A stretch of DNA of 64,000 nucleotides from Minisyncoccota bacterium (GCA_035547315.1 DASZVH010000004.1:76108-140107); one strand, 5' to 3'. Shown: positions 9,389 to 21,016, counted from the stretch's first letter. The notes: generated from the letters alone by a model not told the origin. Numbers and translations: made by a program.

Positions 9389-10161
9389 CCGCCTACGAGA
9401 AATGGATCTCCTTCTATACGATCATCCGCAAGGATGTGGTGCGGGTCTTGCGCATCTGGCCGCAGACCTTCCTCCCGGCGATCGTTACCTCGACCTTGTA
9501 CTTCGTCATCTTCGGCTCCTTCTTGGGCTCCCGGATCGGCTCGATACAAGGCGTCTCGTACATCCTCTTCGTCGTCCCGGGCCTCGTGATGCAGGCGGTG
9601 GTGATGGGCTCCTACATGAACACCTCCTTCACGATGTTCTCCTCCAAATTCTTCAACAGGAATATCGACGAGATCCTCGTCTCGCCGACGCCGCCCTGGG
9701 TACTCATCGCGGGCTTCACCTGCTCCGCGCTCTTGCGCGGCGTCATCACCGGCATTTTGGTTCTCCTCGTCGCGCTCCTCTTCACGCCGCTTCAGGTCCA
9801 CTCGCTCTTCGTCATCGCGCTCTTCCTCGTGATCAGCTCGCTTGTCTTCGCCCTCGCCGGATTGGTCAACGGCGTCTACGCCAAATCCATAGACGGCATC
9901 AATATCATCCCGACGTTCGTCCTCACTCCGCTCGTCTATTTGGGCGGCGTCTTCTACTCCACGAGTTCCTTGCCGGGCTTCTGGGGCTCGCTCACCAAAT
10001 TCGATCCGATCTTCTATCTCATCAACGGCTTCCGCTACGGGTTCCTCGGCATCACCGATGTCCCCGTCGCGCTCTCCTTCGGCATCTTGGCCGCGCTCGC
10101 GCTTGTCCTTCTCGGGCTCAACGTCTACCTCATCCGTATCGGCCTCGGTCTGAAGCAGTAG
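9385..10161 (+). CDS. ABC-2 family transporter permease
   Basis: ATGA overlap with ATPase gene; six hydrophobic segments; ABC-2 type permease pattern. Confidence 0.75.
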   Translation: MTAYEKWISFYTIIRKDVVRVLRIWPQTFLPAIVTSTLYFVIFGSFLGSRIGSIQGVSYILFVVPGLVMQAVVMGSYMNTSFTMFSSKFFNRNIDEILVSPTPPWVLIAGFTCSALLRGVITGILVLLVALLFTPLQVHSLFVIALFLVISSLVFALAGLVNGVYAKSIDGINIIPTFVLTPLVYLGGVFYSTSSLPGFWGSLTKFDPIFYLINGFRYGFLGITDVPVALSFGILAALALVLLGLNVYLIRIGLGLKQ

Positions 10162-10785
10162 GGCGCATGCCCTTGGGGAGCGTGCGGAAGGTGATCGAGT
10201 ACCGGAGCGCGCGGGTGGCGGCGACCGCGTGCTGCCACTCCCAGCGGATAGAATCCTGCATGACATACGCGGAGCGCGGCTCCATCTCCACGGAAAATAC
10301 CTCGGCTGCCCGGCGCGAGACGCCGCGCGTTTTCATAGGGCGGAACTTCATCCGCGCCCAGCCGCCAAGCGAGATGCCGACGATATGCTCGAACTTCTCG
10401 TTGTCGCGGTGGAAGCCCAAAGCGGTGCCGGGCGCGTATTCGTTTACCAGCGCTTCGATCACCATGCCTCGCGGCCAGCCGCGCCACTTTTCGATCCGGT
10501 GCGCGAAGCGCGCTAAGAAGCGCGGGAGAGGCGGCCCGGGGATAATCGTGTCGCGTTTGTAATCGTACCCGGCGCCGAAGTCCGCGTGCCGGCGCTTGGC
10601 CTCATACTTGCCTGCGGGGCCCCCGCGCGCATGCTTGAGCCGGTGCGCGCGGATGAACTCGATCAAGAGCTCTTCCTCCTCGGGCGCGATGAACTCGGGC
10701 TTATAAACGAGGCCCGAAGGCAGCCGCGCCTCCGCGTCGAGGAGCTTTCCTTGGGTTCCGCTCCGTTTCATAGGGCTCCCCATTC
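10130..10785 (-). CDS. alkB: alpha-ketoglutarate-dependent dioxygenase AlkB family (DNA/RNA demethylase)
   Basis: FHRDNEKFE (HxD), later H and RYSITFR motifs; start taken at ATG 10785/10773; 32-nt convergent overlap with permease. Confidence 0.7.
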
Positions 10786-10860
10786 TAGCAAGATGAAAGA
10801 AACGGCTCGGGAGAGCGCTCCTACTAAGGCTCGTGCTTACCATAATCCGCTTGCCATCCC

Positions 10861-11572
10861 TATGCCAAAGAAACTGCTTATCCCTATCCTCGGCGCGGCC
10901 GTCATCGGCGGCGCGGTCGCCAGCGTCGGCCTCACCGCGCTGGCCGCCGGGGGCTCGGCCGCGGGCACTACGGCGCTCTCGTATCGGAGATCGCGGTCAC
11001 TTTCCCCACCGCCGCGTTCGTTCTATCTCCAGGCTGCTCGGTCGGCTTGCTATACTTGCCGCATGGCGCTCGAGTGGAACAGGGTCACGTGGTACTCCAA
11101 ACTTCTCGCCGTGCTTCTTTTTCTCGCGACGTTCGCCGTGGCCTTCGCGCTCGGGCGGGAGTACGGCCTCCTCGAGGCGACGCCGAGCGCGTCCGTCGGC
11201 GCCAGCCTCCCGGCGGGGCAGGGCTCGCCGGAGAGCGGCGCGCCGGGCGCCGCCTCGAGCAGCCCGGCCGCGCCCGGCCCGGGCATGCGCACGCTCACCG
11301 AGGACGACCTCGGCGCGACGATCGCGCTCTCGCCGGGCGAGCGGTTCGCGCTCGCGCTCGGGAGCGGCCTCTCGTGGTCCGTGAGCTTCAAGCCGGAGGG
11401 CGTCGTCGTCCGCGTGCCGGGCGCGGACCCGGCTCCGGGCACGCAGGGCTTCTTCGAGGCGGCGGCCTCCGGCACGACCACGCTTTCGGCGAGCGGCCGG
11501 CCGATCTGCAGCCCCGGCGCCGCTTGCCCGCAATTTATCGAGCTTTTCCAGGCGACGATCGCGGTGCGCTAA
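10861..11572 (+). CDS. membrane-anchored protein with C-terminal chagasin-like (protease inhibitor I42 family-like) beta-sandwich domain
   Basis: TM segments; C-terminal LTEDDLGATIALSPGERFALALGSGLSWSVSF...GADPAPGTQGFFEAAASGTTTLSASGRP matches spacing of I42 family (NPTTGY motif replaced); alternative start ATG 11062. Confidence 0.4.
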
Positions 11573-11613
11573 CGTTCACGCCGTGTTCACCCACGCGCGC
11601 ATAGCATCGGCCG

Positions 11614-11985
11614 ATGCGCATCGTCGGCACCGCGCTCTTCTTCCTCCTCGCGGCGGCGGGGCTCGTGCTCGCGGTACGGGACAACCTCAGCGCCGGCCTC
11701 CTCGCCGCACCCGCCGCCGCGCTTCCCGCTCCCCCGGTCGAGCTCGTCGGCACGATCGAGTACTACCCGGACAATCTCGGGACGCCGGTGCCGTATTTGG
11801 TCTACGCGCCGCAGCGGGACAAGGCGCTCCTCTTCGACAGCGCGAGCGCGTGCGTGACCGCCGCGGGCACCTACTCCTGCGCGCTCATCAGCCAGGCGCT
11901 CCACGCGTATTACCCCGGCAAGGTGGCGGCCGAGGGCGTCATCGAGGCCGAGCATTTGCGGGTCTCCCGCCTCGCTCCCGCGTGA
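11614..11985 (+). CDS. hypothetical small secreted protein
   Basis: N-terminal hydrophobic segment MRIVGTALFFLLAAAGLVLA; high GC3 coding pattern. Confidence 0.35.
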   Translation: MRIVGTALFFLLAAAGLVLAVRDNLSAGLLAAPAAALPAPPVELVGTIEYYPDNLGTPVPYLVYAPQRDKALLFDSASACVTAAGTYSCALISQALHAYYPGKVAAEGVIEAEHLRVSRLAPA

Positions 11986-12012
11986 TATACTCGAGCCATA
12001 ATCACCACCACT

Positions 12013-12966
12013 ATGAAAATCTCGGAAGTACTCGGCTGGGGCGTGCTCGTGGTCATCATTCTCGCGCTCGGCGCCTACGCGCTCCTCTACACGACGCCGA
12101 TGGGCAACCCGTATACCGCCTCCTCGACGACCGCGGCCGACGGCGGCGCGCTCGGCGCCGGCGGAGCAAGCGGCGCGGGAAGCGGCGGGAACGCCGGCGG
12201 CCCCGTCACCTTCTACTGCACGGAGGGCAGTTTCACCGCGACCTTCAGCGCCGACGCGGTGCAAATCGACCTCGACAACGGGCGCTACTTCGCCCTCCCG
12301 AGGGCCGCGAGCGGCTCGGGCATCCGCTACGAGGGCACGGTGAGCGGCAAGGACGAGCTCCTCACCAGCGAGGGCTCCTGGGCCGCGCTCTCGGAGGACG
12401 GCGAGGCCCTCTACAGCAACTGCATCGCCGCGCAGGTGAGCGAGTCAGGCGGCGCCAAGACTTTCATCGATGAGTCTGGGCTCTTCTCCTTCAAGTTCCC
12501 CGACGCTTTCTCGATCGTGGGCACCGAGCCCGGATACACGCAGAGCTGGATGGTGAACGCGACCACCTCGGGCATGCTGCTTGCGGAGGTGCAGCTCCCG
12601 GCGAGCGCGATGCCTAAGACCAACTTTGGCGGGGCCGACTTCACCGTCGGGGTCTCGAGCGACCCCTCCGCTATCGCGAGCTGCCTCTCCTACAACCCCA
12701 CGGGCGCGCCCGGCAGCGGCCCCGTCACCGCCCTCATCAACGGCGTGACCTTCGACAAGTTCACCAGCCACGACATCGGCGCGGGCAACCTCTACGACAC
12801 CACCTCCTACCGCCTGATCCGCGACGGCGAGTGCTACGCGCTCGAGTACACGATCCACTCCACGCAGATCGCCAACTACCCCAAGGGCACGGTGACCGCC
12901 TTCAATGCGCAGCAGATCACGAAGGAGCTCGACGGCATTGCGACCTCCTTCCAGTTCCTGCAGTAG
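12013..12966 (+). CDS. membrane-anchored MliC-family (lysozyme inhibitor) domain protein fused to C-terminal domain of unknown function
   Basis: VTFYCTEGSFTATFSADAVQIDLDNGRYFALPRAASGSGIRYEG...WAALSEDGEALYSNC fits MliC pattern (Y.C...ASGA.Y...C). Confidence 0.65.
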   Translation: MKISEVLGWGVLVVIILALGAYALLYTTPMGNPYTASSTTAADGGALGAGGASGAGSGGNAGGPVTFYCTEGSFTATFSADAVQIDLDNGRYFALPRAASGSGIRYEGTVSGKDELLTSEGSWAALSEDGEALYSNCIAAQVSESGGAKTFIDESGLFSFKFPDAFSIVGTEPGYTQSWMVNATTSGMLLAEVQLPASAMPKTNFGGADFTVGVSSDPSAIASCLSYNPTGAPGSGPVTALINGVTFDKFTSHDIGAGNLYDTTSYRLIRDGECYALEYTIHSTQIANYPKGTVTAFNAQQITKELDGIATSFQFLQ

Positions 12967-12972
12967 CGCGCC

Positions 12973-13671
12973 ATGGCGCAGCTCGTGATCGGGCTCGGCT
13001 CCGGCAGGTCCGGATCCGTCTCGCTCGCGCGCTTCCTGGATACGCAGCCGGGCGCCTTCTTCTGCCACGAGAGCGCCTACGCGCGGCCGCGCCTCCTGCG
13101 CTACACCTTCGGCGATATCCTGCCCTGGGAGCCGGACGAGCGCGCCTTCGGCGCGTGGCTCGCGGGGCTCGAGCGCGCGGCCGCGCCCGCGCTCTTCTAT
13201 GGAGACGTCGCGCCCTATCTCCTGCCGTATACCGAGCGCATCCTCGCCGAGCGGCCGGCGGCGCGCTTCATCTGCGTCAAGCGCGAGCGCGCCGCGGTCG
13301 TGGCGAGCTTCCTGCGCCATAGCGCCGGCACCAACCCTTGGCAGGAGCACGACGGCCGCCGCTGGCTCCGGCGCTCCTGGGACCGCGCCTTCCCCACGTT
13401 CGCGGCGGCGAGCAAGGCCGAGGCGGCGGGGAAGTACTGGGATCTCTACTACGCCCGCGCCGCCGGATACGAGCGCCGCTACCCGGAGCGGTTCAGGCTC
13501 TTCGACTTCGCGCGGCTGAACGAGCGCGGCACGCAGGAGGCCATGCTCGACTTCGCCGGCTTCCCGCGCGCGGGCCGCGCATACGGCATGCGGCGCACCA
13601 ACGGATCGCTCCCCGCCCCGCTCATGTTCTGCCTCATCCGGCTCGGCACCGCGCTCGGACTCGACCCGTAG
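12973..13671 (+). CDS. sulfotransferase-family protein (P-loop-like GSGRSGS PAPS-binding motif)
   Basis: LVIGLGSGRSGSVSLARFL N-terminal motif; family-level call only. Confidence 0.45.
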   Translation: MAQLVIGLGSGRSGSVSLARFLDTQPGAFFCHESAYARPRLLRYTFGDILPWEPDERAFGAWLAGLERAAAPALFYGDVAPYLLPYTERILAERPAARFICVKRERAAVVASFLRHSAGTNPWQEHDGRRWLRRSWDRAFPTFAAASKAEAAGKYWDLYYARAAGYERRYPERFRLFDFARLNERGTQEAMLDFAGFPRAGRAYGMRRTNGSLPAPLMFCLIRLGTALGLDP

Positions 13672-13750
13672 GATTGCGGAGCGCCGATTCCTCTGGTATC
13701 GTGCGCGTATCGGCCGCACGGCCTCCGCCGCTGGCGGATTTAATTTTTTC

Positions 13751-15547
13751 ATGGAAATCCGCAACATCGCCATCATCGCGCACGTCGACCACGGCAAGAC
13801 GACGCTCACCGACGCGCTCTTGCGTTTTTGCGGCGCGGCGGGCGAGGGCGTCTCGATGGACAGCGACGCTCTGGAGCGCGAGCGCGGCATCACCATCTAC
13901 GCCAAGAACGCGGCGGTGGAGTATAAGGGCACCAAGATCAATATCGTCGATACGCCCGGGCACGCGGATTTCGGCTCCGAGGTCGAGCGCGTGCTGCGTT
14001 CGATCGACTCCGTGCTGCTCATCGTGGACGCGGCGGAGGGCCCGATGCCGCAGACGCGCTTCGTCCTCAAGAAGTCGCTCGAGCTCGGGCTCAAGCCCAT
14101 CGTCGTGCTCAACAAGATAGACAAGCCGGCCGCGGACCCGGCGCGCGCGCAGCTGCAGGTCCTGGAGCTCTTCCTCGAGCTCGGCGCGAGCGACGCGCAG
14201 AGCGATTTCCCGCTCCTCTACGCGATCGGCCGCGCGGGCGTCGCGATGCGGACGCTCGAGGAGGAGCGTCGCGACCTCGCGCCGCTCCTCGACACCATCC
14301 TCGAGAAGGTGCCGCCCGCCAACGCGCCGGGAGAGGAGGAAAAGCCGCTCCTCCTGCAGCCCTTCAATCTCGCCTATGATAATTTCCTCGGTCGGCTCGC
14401 GGTCGGGCGCATCTACGCGGGCACCGTGCGGCCCAATCAGAACGTGTTCATACGGAAGGCGGGCGGCGAGCTGCGCGCCGGCCGCACCACCAAAGTGTTC
14501 CTCTTCAAGGGGCTCGAGCGCGTCGAGGCGGAGTCCGCGGGTGCGGGCGACATCTGCCTCGTCGCCGGGCTTCCGGACATCTATATCGGCGAGACGATTA
14601 CCACCGACGAGGCCGCGGCGCCGCTGCCGGCGATCGCGGTCGACGAGCCCACGATCGCGCTCAATTTCCTGGTCAATAACTCGCCGTTCGCCGGCCGGGA
14701 GGGGAAGTACGTCACCAGCCGCCAGATCCGCGAGCGGCTCGAGAAGGAGCTCGAGGTTAACGTCGGCCTCAAGATCGACTTTACGAGCGCGGAGGCCTTC
14801 AAGGTCTCGGGCCGCGGCGAGCTCCATATCGCGGTCTTGCTCGAGAACATGCGGCGCGAGGGCTACGAGCTGCAGGTCTCCCAGCCGCAGGTCATCTTCC
14901 ACGAGGAGAACGGCCAGATGCTCGAGCCCTTCGAGGAGGCGACGATCGACACGCCGAGCGCGTATCAAGGAGCCATCATCGAGAAGCTCGGCGCGCGGGC
15001 TTTCATCCTGCAGGACGTCGCGCGGCACGAGAATCAGGTGCGCCTCACCTTGCTCGGCCCCACCCGCGGGCTCCTCGGCTACCGCAACCAGTTCGTCATC
15101 GACACGCGCGGCGAGGGCATCCTCGCCTCGCGCGTGGTCGGCTTCAAGCCCTACGCGGGCGAGATCAAGAAGCGCCAGGTCGGCTCGATGATCTCGATGG
15201 CGAGCGGCAAATCGCTCGGCTACTCGCTGTGGACCCTCCAGGAGCGCGGCACGCTCTATATCACTCCCGCGGTGGAGGTCTACGAGGGCATGGTGGTCGG
15301 CAACACCGCCAAGGGCGAGGAGATGATGGTCAACCCGACCAAGAACAAGAACATGAGCAACGTCCGCTCCTCCGGCACCGACGAGGCGATCGTGCTCTTC
15401 CCGGCGTTCGAGCTCACTATCGAGCGCGGCCTCGAGGTCATGGCGGAGGACGAGTATCTCGAGATAACGCCCAAGAGCGTGCGTCTGCGCAAGCAATTCC
15501 TCACCGAGAACGACCGCGCCAAGGCGCGGCGCGGCGCGGCGCGCTAA
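13751..15547 (+). CDS. typA: translational GTPase TypA/BipA
   Basis: [24 protein letters not shown]..., [14 protein letters not shown]-motifs; full-length EF-G-like architecture. Confidence 0.9.
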   Translation: MEIRNIAIIAHVDHGKTTLTDALLRFCGAAGEGVSMDSDALERERGITIYAKNAAVEYKGTKINIVDTPGHADFGSEVERVLRSIDSVLLIVDAAEGPMPQTRFVLKKSLELGLKPIVVLNKIDKPAADPARAQLQVLELFLELGASDAQSDFPLLYAIGRAGVAMRTLEEERRDLAPLLDTILEKVPPANAPGEEEKPLLLQPFNLAYDNFLGRLAVGRIYAGTVRPNQNVFIRKAGGELRAGRTTKVFLFKGLERVEAESAGAGDICLVAGLPDIYIGETITTDEAAAPLPAIAVDEPTIALNFLVNNSPFAGREGKYVTSRQIRERLEKELEVNVGLKIDFTSAEAFKVSGRGELHIAVLLENMRREGYELQVSQPQVIFHEENGQMLEPFEEATIDTPSAYQGAIIEKLGARAFILQDVARHENQVRLTLLGPTRGLLGYRNQFVIDTRGEGILASRVVGFKPYAGEIKKRQVGSMISMASGKSLGYSLWTLQERGTLYITPAVEVYEGMVVGNTAKGEEMMVNPTKNKNMSNVRSSGTDEAIVLFPAFELTIERGLEVMAEDEYLEITPKSVRLRKQFLTENDRAKARRGAAR

Positions 15548-15622
15548 GCGCGTCCTTCATAACGGCCTCATGCGCGGGCGGGTATGGTGGCGTTATTAGC
15601 CGCTAATCAAGCCATTACCCCG

Positions 15623-16273
15623 ATGAAACGCAAGAAATTTCTCACGCTGGCCGGCCTCGCGCTCCTCGCCGCGCCGCTTGCCGCGAGCGCGCAGAGCTCC
15701 CTCGAGCTCGACGCGAACCTCTCGGCGGGCACCGGCACCGCGCTTGCGGCCGAGGCGGGCGCCTCGACGAGCGTCTCCGCCGCCGCCCCGGTGGCGATCA
15801 CCGCGGCGGAGGCGGCGAACGGCTCGCCGACGCTTTCCTCGAGCGCGCAGGTGGCGAGCGAGGCCGACTTCGCCGCCTACGCGCGCGGCGCGATCAAGAG
15901 CAACGCCTCGATCAAGGAGGTAGACTCGAACGCGGACTCGGTTACGGTCCGCTTCTCCGAGCCGGCGCGGATCCTCGGGATCTTCCCGGTTACGCTGCGC
16001 TCCGCCGCGACCATCGCGGCGGACGGCTCCGTGCGGGTCGAACATCCTTGGTATTACTTCCTCGCCGCAAGCGACGCGGACGAGACGGGGCTCAAGACCG
16101 CGCTCGCCGAGGAGGCGACCGTCTTCAGCCGCGCGCCCTCGCCGGCCGCCGCCGGCGCGACCTCGACCGCGGGAGCGGAGGCGACGCTCTCCGCAAGCGA
16201 GAAGGCGCGCCTCCTCTCGGGCATGACCATGGCGCTTGGCAGCGCGCTCTCGAGCTCCGCGAGCGCCCGATGA
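15623..16273 (+). CDS. hypothetical Ala-rich secreted protein
   Basis: Signal peptide MKRKKFLTLAGLALLAAPLAASAQ; remainder low complexity. Confidence 0.4.
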   Translation: MKRKKFLTLAGLALLAAPLAASAQSSLELDANLSAGTGTALAAEAGASTSVSAAAPVAITAAEAANGSPTLSSSAQVASEADFAAYARGAIKSNASIKEVDSNADSVTVRFSEPARILGIFPVTLRSAATIAADGSVRVEHPWYYFLAASDADETGLKTALAEEATVFSRAPSPAAAGATSTAGAEATLSASEKARLLSGMTMALGSALSSSASAR

Positions 16274-16340
16274 TATGCCGCGCGCGCGATCACGCCGGAG
16301 GCGCTACGGCACGGGGGCGAAGCGCACGGTGAAGAAGGTC

Positions 16341-16499
16341 ATGCGCGAATACAAGCGCGGAAAATTAAAGAGCGGCAAGGGCCGCCATCCCAAGGTCAAG
16401 AGCCGCAAACAGGCGATCGCGATCGGCCTCTCCGAGGCGCGCCGGGTGGGGGAAAAGGTCCCGCCCCGCCGGCGCGGCACGAAGCGCTCGCGCCGCTAG
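16341..16499 (+). CDS. small basic protein, DUF6496-like (MREYKRGKLKSGKG...SRKQAIAIGLSEARR)
   Basis: Conserved core of track ORF 16236..16499; start uncertain (upstream in-frame ATGs exist). Confidence 0.4.
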   Translation: MREYKRGKLKSGKGRHPKVKSRKQAIAIGLSEARRVGEKVPPRRRGTKRSRR

Positions 16500-16522
16500 G
16501 ATTATCAATTTACGAAACTAGT

Positions 16523-16684
16523 ATGCTTGTCGCCATCGCCGTCATCCTCTTCATCCTCTGGCTTCTCGGCATCGTCGGCCTCTACACGATCGGCTGGTTC
16601 GTGCATATCCTGCTGATCCTCGCGATCATCGCGATCTTGATCCGCATCATCTACGGGGAATACCCCTTCGGCCCGAATCCCTAG
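16523..16684 (+). CDS. lmo0937-family small membrane protein (53 aa)
   Basis: MLVAIAVILFILWLLGIVGLYTIGWFVHILLILAIIAILIRIIYGEYPFGPNP read on + strand; not in ORF track; the - ORF 16505..16708 is its antisense. Confidence 0.55.
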   Translation: MLVAIAVILFILWLLGIVGLYTIGWFVHILLILAIIAILIRIIYGEYPFGPNP

Positions 16685-16701
16685 GCGCGCGGCCGTATTT
16701 C

Positions 16702-16730
16702 TTGACATAGAGCGAGAAGTGGGATATATT
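16702..16730 (+). promoter_or_regulatory. near-consensus sigma70-type promoter (TTGACA-17 nt-TATATT) upstream of cfa
   Basis: cttgacatagagcgagaagtgggatatatt read directly; about 55 nt upstream of GTG/ATG start with AAAGGAGAG RBS. Confidence 0.45.
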
Positions 16731-16786
16731 ACCCGCGGAGCGGATCATTCCGTAATCATTCAGACAAGCGAAAAGGAGAGTGCGAC

Positions 16787-17983
16787 GTGAACATGTCAGT
16801 CAATCCTCACGAGACCGATCGGCTCCGGCCGACCTATGACCCCGCGCCGAGCCTCGCGCGCGTACTTGCGCCCTTGGCCGCCAAGGCGGGCATACGCTTC
16901 AACGGCGCGGACCCGTGGGACATCCAAGTCTACGACCCGCGCTTCTACCGCCGGGTGCTCGCGGACCGTTCGCTCGGCCTCGGCGAGGCTTATATGGACG
17001 GTATGTGGGGCTCCGGAGCGGCGGATGAGACCATCTGCCGCATCGTGCGCGCCGACCTCGCGAGGGAGCTCACCCGGGCCCCGAGCCTCTCCCTCCTTTG
17101 GCAGGGAGCGGCGGCGCGGCTCACGAGCACGGTGACGAGGGAGCGCGCCCGCGAAGCGATCGCCGCGCATTATGACATCGGCAACGAGCTCTACGAGGCG
17201 ATGCTCGACGCGCGCATGAACTACTCCTGCGCGTATTATCAGGGCCAGCCGCTTCCTCAGACGCTCGGACAGGCCCAGGAGGCCAAGCTCGACCTCGTCT
17301 GCCGGAAGATCGGCCTCCAGCCGGGCCAGCGCGTGCTCGACATCGGCTGCGGCTGGGGCTCCTTCGCGAAGTTCGCGGCGGAGCGCTATGGCGCGCGGGT
17401 GACCGGCGTCACGCTCTCGCGGGAGCAGAAGGCATGGGCGCAGAGGTCCTGCGGCGATCTCCCCGTGACCATCCGCCTGTGCGACTACCGCGACATCGAA
17501 GGGCGCTTCGATCGCATCGTCTCGATCGGTATGTTCGAGCATGTGGGGCCGGAGGAGTACCGCACGTTCTTCGAGCAGGCGGACCGTCTCTTGAAGCCGG
17601 GCGGCATACTCCTCCTGCACTGCATCGTGGGCAATCGCTCGAGACTGGTGGGCGAGGCCTGGATGTCGAAGTACGTCTTCAAGAAAGGCGTACTGCCTTC
17701 GTTCAAGCAGATCGCGGAAGCCTCGGAGGGCTTGTTCGCCCCCTGGGACGCGCACAACTTCGGCCCGGACTACGACCGTACGCTCATGGCCTGGTTTGAG
17801 AACTTCGACCGGGCGTACCGGGAGGGAAGGCTCGACCGCAAGAGGTACGACCAGCGCTTCTACCGCACGTGGAAGTACTACCTGCTCTCCTGCGCAGGGC
17901 TCTTCCGCGCCGGGGGCGCGCAGCTCGGCCAGTTCGTCTTCGCGCGGCCGGGCGAATTGCGCGGGTATCGTACCGCGCGTTGA
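16787..17983 (+). CDS. cfa: cyclopropane-fatty-acyl-phospholipid synthase
   Basis: VLDIGCGWGSF SAM motif, ...IVSIGMFEHVG..., YYLLSCAGLFRAGGAQLGQFVFARPG C-terminal signature of CFA synthases. Confidence 0.85.
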   Translation: MNMSVNPHETDRLRPTYDPAPSLARVLAPLAAKAGIRFNGADPWDIQVYDPRFYRRVLADRSLGLGEAYMDGMWGSGAADETICRIVRADLARELTRAPSLSLLWQGAAARLTSTVTRERAREAIAAHYDIGNELYEAMLDARMNYSCAYYQGQPLPQTLGQAQEAKLDLVCRKIGLQPGQRVLDIGCGWGSFAKFAAERYGARVTGVTLSREQKAWAQRSCGDLPVTIRLCDYRDIEGRFDRIVSIGMFEHVGPEEYRTFFEQADRLLKPGGILLLHCIVGNRSRLVGEAWMSKYVFKKGVLPSFKQIAEASEGLFAPWDAHNFGPDYDRTLMAWFENFDRAYREGRLDRKRYDQRFYRTWKYYLLSCAGLFRAGGAQLGQFVFARPGELRGYRTAR

Positions 17984-18000
17984 ATGACTGGAAATACGAC

Positions 18001-18033
18001 GCGGCGGCCTCTACGGCCGCTGCGTTTTTTCTT
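18001..18033 (+). terminator. rho-independent terminator after cfa
   Basis: gcggcggcc-tcta-cggccgctgc hairpin followed by gttttttctt. Confidence 0.5.
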
Positions 18034-18045
18034 ATCTGATGACAA

Positions 18046-18062
18046 AACCGCCTCGGGCGGTT
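18046..18062. terminator. hairpin aaccgcc-tcg-ggcggtt flanked by T-runs on both strands; likely terminator for ssrA (minus)
   Basis: Read directly; on minus strand hairpin is followed by UUUUGUC. Confidence 0.4.
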
Positions 18063-18071
18063 GTCATTTTG

Positions 18072-18486
18072 TGGAGGCGGGGGGAATTGAACCCCCGTCC
18101 GAATCCGGATTTGAGAGCGCTTCTACGACGCGTAGCTAGAGTTAGGCGCTAGGGCAGGATGCGAGGAACTCCAGCGAAACCATTCCTGCTTGATCCCTTT
18201 GTTTAATCCCGAGCCAGGGAATGGCGAAGGACGAGCCTATAGAAGATTCCGCCCCTCGCCGCGCTATAGGCGCCGGTGAGCGAGGGACGTCGCGCTAAGC
18301 GAAGGGAGCGAAACGCTCGACCTTACGCGTACGCGAACGCGAAGTTGCCCATACCGAAGTACGGAGACTTCACGCTTGCAAGAGTGTTCTTGGCAAGTTT
18401 GGCGCTCGAGAGGATTAGAGTGTCAGTCGAGCATGCACTGCGTCGCACGATTCTCAAAGAACGGACCGTCTAAGCCGGTCACCCCC
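18072..18486 (-). ncRNA. ssrA: tmRNA (transfer-messenger RNA)
   Basis: Minus strand starts GGGGGUGACCGGCUUAGACGG and ends ...GGACGGGGGUUCAAUUCCCCCCGCCUCCA (T-arm + acceptor with G3:U70 pair); directly downstream of smpB; internal short ORF ending UAA consistent with tag reading frame. Confidence 0.8.
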
Positions 18487-18925
18487 GTTTCAAAACCCGC
18501 TCGGCTTCCCGCATCGCTTCGCGCTTCTTCAAGGTCTCGCGCTTGTCGCTCTTGCCCTTGCCGCGCACGATCGCGATGCGGATCTTCACCAAGCGGCTTT
18601 TACTATACACCTCAAGCGGGACTATTGTCAACCCTTTTCGATCTTCCGCGGCCGCGAGCTTGGCGATCTCTCGCTTCGTGAGGAGGAGGCGGCGCGAGCG
18701 CTCCGGGTCGTAGCGCTCGCCCGTATTCTTGGGCTGGTAGGGAGGGATCGTGGCGCCCGCGAGGAAGGCCTCGCCCGCGCGCGCCACCACGCGCGCACCT
18801 TCAAGGGAACCGCGCTTATCGCGCAGGCTCTTCACCTCGCTCCCGGTGAGCTCCAAGCCAGCCTCGAAGCTCTCGAGTATCGAATACTTGAGCCGCGCTT
18901 TCTTATATTCGACCAGAGTGGCCAT
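18479..18925 (-). CDS. smpB: SsrA-binding protein SmpB
   Basis: MATLVEYKKARLKYSILESFEAGLELTGSEVKSLR...LLLTKREIAKL SmpB family signature. Confidence 0.85.
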   Translation of the reverse strand: MATLVEYKKARLKYSILESFEAGLELTGSEVKSLRDKRGSLEGARVVARAGEAFLAGATIPPYQPKNTGERYDPERSRRLLLTKREIAKLAAAEDRKGLTIVPLEVYSKSRLVKIRIAIVRGKGKSDKRETLKKREAMREAERVLKRG

Positions 18926-18989
18926 AGCGCGACTATAGCATTAGCCGTTCATTTTTATTCCACCCCCTTTTCCTATATAGTATGGCTTC

Positions 18990-20966
<1,977 letters not shown>

Positions 20967-20994
20967 GGTTTTATAAAGCCTTATAAAAAAGATC

Positions 20995-21016
20995 GCCCCG
21001 GCGCTTTGGCCGGGGC
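20995..21016. terminator. GC hairpin (gccccggc-gctttg-gccggggc); U-tract on minus strand so mainly terminator of pyrC, possibly bidirectional
   Basis: Read directly; plus-strand ttataaaaaag precedes it (= U-run on minus). Confidence 0.5.

Noticed and set aside
13634-15496. 620-aa - strand ORF
   Set aside because: Antisense of typA.
16505-16708. 67-aa acidic - strand ORF
   Set aside because: Opposite strand encodes a clear lmo0937-family membrane peptide (16523-16684); acidic antisense frame is an artefact.
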